Source: Escherichia coli (GTDB taxonomy: Bacteria > Pseudomonadota > Gammaproteobacteria > Enterobacterales > Enterobacteriaceae). From it: 49,610 bases of DNA. Below the pieces are notes generated by a model that ran no database searches, was not told the origin of the DNA, and saw only the letters and a list, made by a program, of their open reading frames with translations. The DNA lies in the NCBI GenBank assembly GCA_036348995.1, contig GCA_036348995.1_4855.1. The stretch is one strand, 5' to 3'. Positions 44,372-49,610 of the stretch are shown here, one piece after another (within the stretch, counting starts at the first letter, position 1; every line of letters begins with the position of its first letter). The translations under genes were made by a program, and so were the position numbers.

Positions 44372-44411
44372 CCTGAATTTGACTGATGTTGATTATATCA
44401 TCTCAGTGGTG

Positions 44412-44440
44412 TTGACACCTGCAAGGCGGTGATGTAGATT
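44412..44440 (+). promoter_or_regulatory. sigma70-like promoter TTGACA-N17-TAGATT
   Basis: exact spacing; GGTGATGTAGATT block. Confidence 0.55.
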
Positions 44441-44479
44441 CAAGTCATCGAAACGAGTGATGAATAAATGAGGTGAGTT

Positions 44480-44773
44480 ATGAAAATTAAAACGTTGATT
44501 GCATCAGTGCTATTTGCTTCCTCCTTTGCGGTAAGCGCAACCTCTGAGGTTTGCAAAAACATCGGAGAAATCGCCATGAACACTGCCGATGCTCGCGATA
44601 ACGGCATCAGTAAGAATCTTGCTGAGGTGGTAGTTAAGGGTTCCACAAAAAACAACGAATCAGCAGAAATAATTGGCCTTGCTATCGTAGAAATGGTTTA
44701 TGCACGCAAGGATATGACTAAAGAGCAATTGCGTGATGTATCTATTGCTTTGTGCGAAAAGAATGGCATGTAA
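44480..44773 (+). CDS. secreted/periplasmic small protein (signal peptide)
   Basis: N-terminal MKIKTLIASVLFASSFAVSA; SD AGGTGAG. Confidence 0.5.
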   Translation: MKIKTLIASVLFASSFAVSATSEVCKNIGEIAMNTADARDNGISKNLAEVVVKGSTKNNESAEIIGLAIVEMVYARKDMTKEQLRDVSIALCEKNGM

Positions 44774-44805
44774 TATAAACAAGTTATTAACAGTTGAGGT
44801 TAGCT

Positions 44806-45000
44806 ATGGACGTTGTTATTTTGTTGTTTTTCGCTGGATTGGTTATATTTGCTTATCTTCTCCCGTCATTTGTGGCATTGCAAAGAAAGCACACAAATAC
44901 GACTGCAATCTGCGTACTGAATATTCTTGTCGGTTGGAGTTTTATTGGATGGGTTGCAGCACTTGTTTGGGCATTAGTTAACAGTGGCGACAAGAAATGA
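44806..45000 (+). CDS. superinfection immunity (Imm)-like membrane protein
   Basis: two TM helices with ICVLNILVGWSFIGWVAALVWAL pattern; SD GAGGT. Confidence 0.5.
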   Translation: MDVVILLFFAGLVIFAYLLPSFVALQRKHTNTTAICVLNILVGWSFIGWVAALVWALVNSGDKK

Positions 45001-45140
45001 ACGAACAAACAAAAGCAGACCTGATTTTCTACACTGAATTGTATGTCGATGCAGGTTACGATTACGAAGAAGCAGAGCGCATGGCGAAAGATTTGCTTCG
45101 TGTGATTGGTGTGATTTTTGAAGAGGATAAGGTGATATGA
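44997..45140 (+). CDS. hypothetical small protein (47 aa)
   Basis: ATGA overlaps at both ends; hand translation. Confidence 0.3.
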   Translation: MNEQTKADLIFYTELYVDAGYDYEEAERMAKDLLRVIGVIFEEDKVI

Positions 45141-45322
45141 GCCAATGGATTAAGTGTAGTGAGAAGATGCCAGAGCCTTATGTGTACGTTCTTGTAACCG
45201 ATGGTTTTGTTGGCTGTGAGGTTATGCGTGTTAATTCAGATGGCTACTGGGGTCCTGCAAAAAGTTTATATCACGGTGATATCACCCACTGGATGCCACT
45301 TCCAGAACCACCACAAGAATAG
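45137..45322 (+). CDS. hypothetical small protein
   Basis: ORF track. Confidence 0.4.
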   Translation: MSQWIKCSEKMPEPYVYVLVTDGFVGCEVMRVNSDGYWGPAKSLYHGDITHWMPLPEPPQE

Positions 45323-45326
45323 AACA

Positions 45327-45352
45327 AAGCCCCTTTCGGGGCTTTTTCTTTA
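45327..45352. terminator. bidirectional intrinsic terminator
   Basis: hairpin AAAGCCCC-TTTC-GGGGCTTT plus T-run. Confidence 0.7.
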
Positions 45353-46069
45353 TCAGGATACAGTGCACGCCGTGCTGATAATAATTTCAGGGTCAGTAGA
45401 TGAGTCTGTCACCGTGACGGTATACACGCCAGCGGTAGGGCTTGCCAGAGATGCGCCAGATTCGCCTCCTACAACCACACCATCTTTGCGCCATACATAA
45501 GTGTAAGGAGAGACACCACCTTCAACAGCAACGGTTAACGGTCTGCCAGCAGTGCCAGTTGATGGCAGGTCGGTGGTGAATGCCAGAGGTTCAAGGCTTT
45601 CGACGGTAACGCTGTCAGAATCGTAAACCTTGAACTCAAGGCTACCAGTTACGATGTCGTTAGTGCCACCTTCATAGCTGATACTGGTGATGTTGCAGTA
45701 CGCAGTAACGATAGTCGCACCAGTCACCTGACGCACCCACAAGGAAGGCTGGCGACGCGCTTTCAGTTCAGTGGCGTAAATTTCAACCAGACGATGGAAA
45801 CCAAACTCATCGCTCGGGTCATTCTTGCGGATTTCAACCTCTGCACTGATGGTCATATCAGAGCTGGTAACGAGAGTGGAAACAAAGCCGCCAGTGGTAT
45901 CAGCTTCCGACGTGGTAGTCTGCGGGGAGTAGTCAACGCCTTTACTGGTGGTTGAGCCTAAATACTTCCAGTCTCCTGCTTCCGGAACTGCGTCGCCGCA
46001 CCCTTCAGCAAGGAACAGTCGGGTCATGCGACCGACCAGAACGCCTTTATCATTTGCACAAATAGCCAT
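45353..46069 (-). CDS. major tail protein with C-terminal Ig-like domain
   Basis: 238 aa; C-terminal GVYTVTVTD Big-like segment; position upstream of chaperone and tape measure. Confidence 0.65.
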   Translation of the reverse strand: MAICANDKGVLVGRMTRLFLAEGCGDAVPEAGDWKYLGSTTSKGVDYSPQTTTSEADTTGGFVSTLVTSSDMTISAEVEIRKNDPSDEFGFHRLVEIYATELKARRQPSLWVRQVTGATIVTAYCNITSISYEGGTNDIVTGSLEFKVYDSDSVTVESLEPLAFTTDLPSTGTAGRPLTVAVEGGVSPYTYVWRKDGVVVGGESGASLASPTAGVYTVTVTDSSTDPEIIISTACTVS

Positions 46070-46208
46070 TTCGATCTCCGAATTGTGTTAGCTGCTAACG
46101 TGGTGATTATATCACAGCAGTATAAGCAACCTTGCTTGTCACGATAAGCAGATTGATTTGATGAGTTTGTGTTGATGTAGATAATGGAGTTAAACAAAGG
46201 AGGAAATC

Positions 46209-46880
46209 ATGAACGCATTAATGAATGTTGGTAAAGTGCAAACCATGTCAAGCCGTGAGATTTCGGAGTTGACCGGGAAACGGCATGACAATGTTTTGGC
46301 TGACATACGAAAAATGTTAGCTGAAATTCAATCTCCTGAAAAGTTAGGAGATTACAAAGACAGCAGAGGGCGCACGTATCAAATGCTTCTTTTGGATAAA
46401 GAGGAAACGTTAATCCTGATTTCAGGGTACAGCATAAAAATGCGCGCGGCTATCATCCGGCGCTGGCAGGAACTGGAATCACAAGTGAGCAAACCAGCAC
46501 TACCTGATTTCACCAACCCGGCGGAAGCTGCGCGTGCGTGGGCCGCTGAGTACGAACAGAAATTAATTGCGCAGGAGAAGCTATCGATAGCAGCACCAAA
46601 AGCCGAGGTTTATGACCGCATCATCGACCGAAACAATCTTTACAATGCAACACAGGTTGCACAGAAGTTTGGACAGTCAGCAGTATGGCTAAACAGACAG
46701 CTTGAGCAATTCGATGTGTACAATCGCTCTGTTAAGCGTGGACGAGTCTTCCAGCAATGGTTCATCGACAAAGGATACGGCATTATGCGCGAGACAGAAA
46801 CAGGGCACTCACAAGCTATGTTTTATGCTGAAGGAGAGATGTGGATTATCGGCAAGCTAACTGACGAAGGCTTGATTTAA
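46209..46880 (+). CDS. antirepressor (Rha N-terminal domain + KilA-C/AntC domain)
   Basis: SSREISELTGKRHDNVLADIRKM; C-terminal AQKFGQSAVWLNRQL...WFIDKGYG. Confidence 0.75.
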   Translation: MNALMNVGKVQTMSSREISELTGKRHDNVLADIRKMLAEIQSPEKLGDYKDSRGRTYQMLLLDKEETLILISGYSIKMRAAIIRRWQELESQVSKPALPDFTNPAEAARAWAAEYEQKLIAQEKLSIAAPKAEVYDRIIDRNNLYNATQVAQKFGQSAVWLNRQLEQFDVYNRSVKRGRVFQQWFIDKGYGIMRETETGHSQAMFYAEGEMWIIGKLTDEGLI

Positions 46881-46888
46881 CATCATAG

Positions 46889-46917
46889 TTGACAGTGATT
46901 ATTTTGTGGTGTAGATT
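46889..46917 (+). promoter_or_regulatory. sigma70-like promoter TTGACA-N17-TAGATT driving leader and tRNA
   Basis: exact consensus spacing; no terminator between it and the tRNA. Confidence 0.55.
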
Positions 46918-46924
46918 TGGATTT

Positions 46925-47287
46925 AACAGAGATTGGTTCCCTGATTTAATTTAATTACAGCCAATCCTTCAATTACAATTAGCGGTCGAGAGACGCCGGA
47001 CGCGTAACCGGCACACAACAGGTAAGAGCATTGGGTAATGTCAGCCTTGGTTCGAAGTTGAAAGACATGCGGTAATACCCAGCCCAAGTTCCAGTGCTCT
47101 TTCCGTTGAGGTGAATGAGCTAGATGGTGATGTAAAGGCTCACCATGGCGACGAATGCAGTCCGGGATAGCACCGGACACCACAACACTTAATATCCAGC
47201 ATTATCGCAATCATATGTAGGGGTATGTATGGGTTACGGGGCTGGGTGTTAAGAAAGCACGCTGGCAATGCTTAAACCAGCACTTAT
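46925..47287 (+). ncRNA. candidate structured leader RNA upstream of tRNA
   Basis: about 360 nt without convincing ORF; local hairpins such as GCCGG-ACGCGTAA-CCGGC. Confidence 0.25.
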
Positions 47288-47364
47288 GGACGCGTAGCTT
47301 AATTGGTTAAAGCAACCGAATCATAATCGGATGATTGAAGGTTCAAATCCGTCCGTGTCCACCA
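47288..47364 (+). tRNA. tRNA with anticodon CAU (Met or Ile2-type), CCA encoded
   Basis: hand-folded cloverleaf: 7-bp acceptor stem, D-arm GCTT/AAGC, anticodon loop ATCATAA, T-loop TTCAAAT. Confidence 0.75.
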
Positions 47365-47369
47365 AATTA

Positions 47370-47396
47370 AAAGCCGCTTTATGCGGCTTTATTTAT
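47370..47396. terminator. bidirectional intrinsic terminator
   Basis: hairpin AAAGCCGC-TTTAT-GCGGCTTT plus T-run. Confidence 0.7.
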
Positions 47397-47767
47397 TTCA
47401 CAACACGCAAAAGCAACTCATGCACAGGGCGCTTCTCTTCCGTCAACATTGGTCGTCCGAGAGGAGCCTGCAACTGGATGTAGTTAACGCATGAATCAAT
47501 CGGATGGGTTTTGATGTATTCGATAATCTCCAGCGCCTTCGCATCAACATCCGACACGTTATATTGCCCTTGTTTGCCTACAACATACAGCGAAAAATAG
47601 AAGTCACCGCCGAGGTCATCCATAACCTGCGTTCCGCCGTTGGATTGCAGGACAATAAATTGCTCGTTTCCGTCTCCGGTGTCATTCCAGAACTGCAACT
47701 GCGAAGTCCAGCCATCATACAATCCTGCATCCTGAAGATATGCATCAACCAGTTCAAGCATATTCAT
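47393..47767 (-). CDS. tail terminator / tail completion protein (putative)
   Basis: position upstream of major tail gene. Confidence 0.4.
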   Translation of the reverse strand: MNMLELVDAYLQDAGLYDGWTSQLQFWNDTGDGNEQFIVLQSNGGTQVMDDLGGDFYFSLYVVGKQGQYNVSDVDAKALEIIEYIKTHPIDSCVNYIQLQAPLGRPMLTEEKRPVHELLLRVVK

Positions 47768-48165
47768 TAGAGTGTCATCTCCTTCTTAATCACGCCATCA
47801 ACAAGGTCTTTTGTGCGCTGCGCTGCTTTGGTCAGGAATTGTGGCTCCCCTCCCGGACTCCAATATGTGCCATTGCCGTTGCTACGCGGTTTGCCTGCAA
47901 GTTTTCCGCTGGCGTTATGGACGTACAGCGCATATTTTGCAGAGTAGCCAACCTTGCCAGTGATTCGCGTTCCGCTAACTTCCACGGTGTCAAACTGACT
48001 GTTAATCAGAGTCGATGTATCAATCGGCGTCAACGTGGCTGATTCGGTGCGGATGATGTATGTCGCTGACTTGATTGCCCTCACCGCTTTTTCTGCCGTG
48101 ATAGTGCCGACTATCTGCTCAGTTTTCCGAATCGCCTCCTGAATGCCCCTTAATTTCGCTGGCAT
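47767..48165 (-). CDS. neck protein (HK97 gp10-like, putative)
   Basis: position and size. Confidence 0.4.
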   Translation of the reverse strand: MPAKLRGIQEAIRKTEQIVGTITAEKAVRAIKSATYIIRTESATLTPIDTSTLINSQFDTVEVSGTRITGKVGYSAKYALYVHNASGKLAGKPRSNGNGTYWSPGGEPQFLTKAAQRTKDLVDGVIKKEMTL

Positions 48166-48512
48166 TATGTCACCAGTGCAAAATCAGGCGGCTCACTTCT
48201 TTGGAAAGTGTTGCCATAATTGATCACATTCAGAATCTGGTTTGCGCCAGCATCCAGCGGGTCAGCCTCTGTCACAGCGCCAATCATGATGTAATCACCT
48301 ACCTTAGCGCCAGTGTATTCTGTCCAGAATGTATTCTTCTGCACAATCTCATTGCCTTTCGCATCTGTCGATACATCATCATTAAAGCCATAATCGCACA
48401 TGATGCTTACTGGCGCGTCAAAAGTCGGCTTGCCGTACTTGTCAGTGCCGCTTTTGTGCCAGATGGTGCATGGTTGCGTGTAGGAAAATCGAGCCAGTGA
48501 AGTCATTTGCAC
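48165..48512 (-). CDS. head closure / head-tail adaptor (putative)
   Basis: position and size. Confidence 0.4.
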   Translation of the reverse strand: MQMTSLARFSYTQPCTIWHKSGTDKYGKPTFDAPVSIMCDYGFNDDVSTDAKGNEIVQKNTFWTEYTGAKVGDYIMIGAVTEADPLDAGANQILNVINYGNTFQRSEPPDFALVT

Positions 48513-48931
48513 TTACTCCCAAGCACAACCGCAAACCACGGTTTGCCGCCGCCGTCCGGGTCTTCCACCAAATCGCCAGTACATCCGGCTGTATCCAGTA
48601 GCTTCATCTGGTTGTACAGCGCCACCCACGGCTTGCTGCCGTAAGCAAATGATTGTGACGCGCCAGAAGGTGCACTTTGACTGGTAACGTATCGACCAGC
48701 AGTATTTGCGCTAATCAGGATTGAAGCCCACAGCATGATCGCATTTTGTCGGCATTCATCATTTGGATAGTTCAGTTCAAGGCACTCACTGATTGATGCC
48801 ACAAGACATAAAATTCCAGACGCATCCGTTGTGGTGATAGTCATTCCACGTGATGCCATCTGGCTTACTAATTCTTCAGGTGTTGGTGCTGCCATTTTTT
48901 TTCGACTCCCGTACCTTCCACCACATCTCAA
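48503..48931 (-). CDS. head-tail connector protein (putative)
   Basis: position and size. Confidence 0.35.
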   Translation of the reverse strand: MRCGGRYGSRKKMAAPTPEELVSQMASRGMTITTTDASGILCLVASISECLELNYPNDECRQNAIMLWASILISANTAGRYVTSQSAPSGASQSFAYGSKPWVALYNQMKLLDTAGCTGDLVEDPDGGGKPWFAVVLGSKCK

Positions 48932-49160
48932 ACAGGTTTTTTATTACCAGTGACAGAGCGCCGAGGATTGATGCTACTGCCGCCCACTCTGTCAGGCTGT
49001 GTGGAATCATAGCCTCAAAATAAGATTGCGTGACAGGTGTTTGCTCTGCGACTTTCAGGCCGATGCCAGTGCCAATAGAAGCATATCCAGCCTTATCAAT
49101 CACCTGCCCTGCCGTTCCGCTTATAATCTGCTCTGCGACTTGCCTTAGTGCTCCGTTCAT
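48876..49160 (-). CDS. small membrane-anchored protein
   Basis: C-terminal hydrophobic helix. Confidence 0.3.
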   Translation of the reverse strand: MNGALRQVAEQIISGTAGQVIDKAGYASIGTGIGLKVAEQTPVTQSYFEAMIPHSLTEWAAVASILGALSLVIKNLFEMWWKVRESKKNGSTNT

Positions 49161-49192
49161 TGCGTGTCTCGCTGATGATATGTTTCCAGCAC

Positions 49193-49609
49193 TTATAGAT
49201 TTGAATCAGCGAAAAAACAATGGCGACCACGCCAAGAATAATGTCCAATTTCGCCGCCCCATTTAAAAGTGATGGAAAGGATGAACAGATGGATGCCGAT
49301 AATAATAAATGCGTACTGCGCATGAAGCGGCGTTTCTACAGGCGTGATAAATTCCCATACGAATGACTCTATCGCAACCAGCCATTCGTAAAGGCTCATT
49401 GTCAGCACGCAGAGCGCCATCTTTGTACTTTTGCGCAGTGCAATAGCCGGGAACAACCAGACCATAGACTGCGCAAGGTAATACAAATATTCGGCGGGAA
49501 ATGAATCAGCAAGCACCCATCCAAGATACACAGACATCGCCATTACCGGAATGAACACCAGAAACGCGACCATGCCAGTGCAAGCGAAACCCAGCACATA
49601 CATGATCAT
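49193..49609 (-). CDS. multi-pass membrane protein, 5-prime end runs off the window into the terminal repeat
   Basis: 3-4 hydrophobic segments; in copy 1 an upstream in-frame ATG lies at 148-150. Confidence 0.4.
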   Translation of the reverse strand: MIMYVLGFACTGMVAFLVFIPVMAMSVYLGWVLADSFPAEYLYYLAQSMVWLFPAIALRKSTKMALCVLTMSLYEWLVAIESFVWEFITPVETPLHAQYAFIIIGIHLFILSITFKWGGEIGHYSWRGRHCFFADSNL

Positions 49610-49610
49610 G
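49484..49610. repeat. terminal direct repeat, copy 2 (identical to 1..127)
   Basis: exact 127-nt match to window start. Confidence 0.95.

Noticed and set aside
47040-47060. Second tRNA in the leader, suggested by the T-loop-like GGTTCGAAG
   Set aside because: No complementary T-stem or acceptor stem could be built around it by hand.
47288-47364. Possibility that the phage tRNA is an amber suppressor enabling readthrough of the VRR-NUC TAG
   Set aside because: The anticodon read from the sequence is CAU, not CUA, so it cannot decode UAG.
49096-49323. 75-aa minus-strand ORF
   Set aside because: Overlaps two more protein-like ORFs (48876..49160 and 49193..49609) in other frames; likely spurious.

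Overview
The window is a complete, circularly closed tailed-phage genome of about 49.48 kb: the first 127 nt are repeated exactly at 49484..49610. It looks like a virulent siphovirus-type phage of an enterobacterial host, with an organisation reminiscent of T1-like phages; no integrase, DNA polymerase, CRISPR array or rRNA was found. All morphogenesis genes (small terminase, intein-containing large terminase, portal, head morphogenesis, protease/scaffold, capsid, connectors, major tail, tape measure, minor tail, J-like tip, tailspike) and a lambda-type lysis cassette (R-like endolysin, nested Rz/Rz1 spanins) lie on the minus strand. They are interrupted by eight plus-strand islands, most with their own sigma70-like promoter (recurrent TTGACR-N17-TAGATT architecture) and hairpin terminator. 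The largest island (25.3-33.4 kb) is a replication/recombination module: PrimPol-type primase, Sak4-like ATPase, SSB-like protein, SF2 helicase and VRR-NUC nuclease. The most unusual content is (i) an early operon pairing a DGQHR/ParB-like protein with a PP-loop (PAPS-reductase/DndC-like) enzyme, (ii) within that operon a truncated host-type beta sliding-clamp homologue, and (iii) an E. coli-type SSB C-terminal tip encoded in frame just past the amber stop of the VRR-NUC gene. Other islands carry a superinfection-exclusion cassette, a Rha/KilAC antirepressor followed by a promoter-driven leader and a tRNA(CAU), and several HNH homing endonucleases. All calls rest on reading the sequence and on remembered family signatures; no database search or RNA folding was run, and start codons taken from the ORF track may be GTG/TTG.
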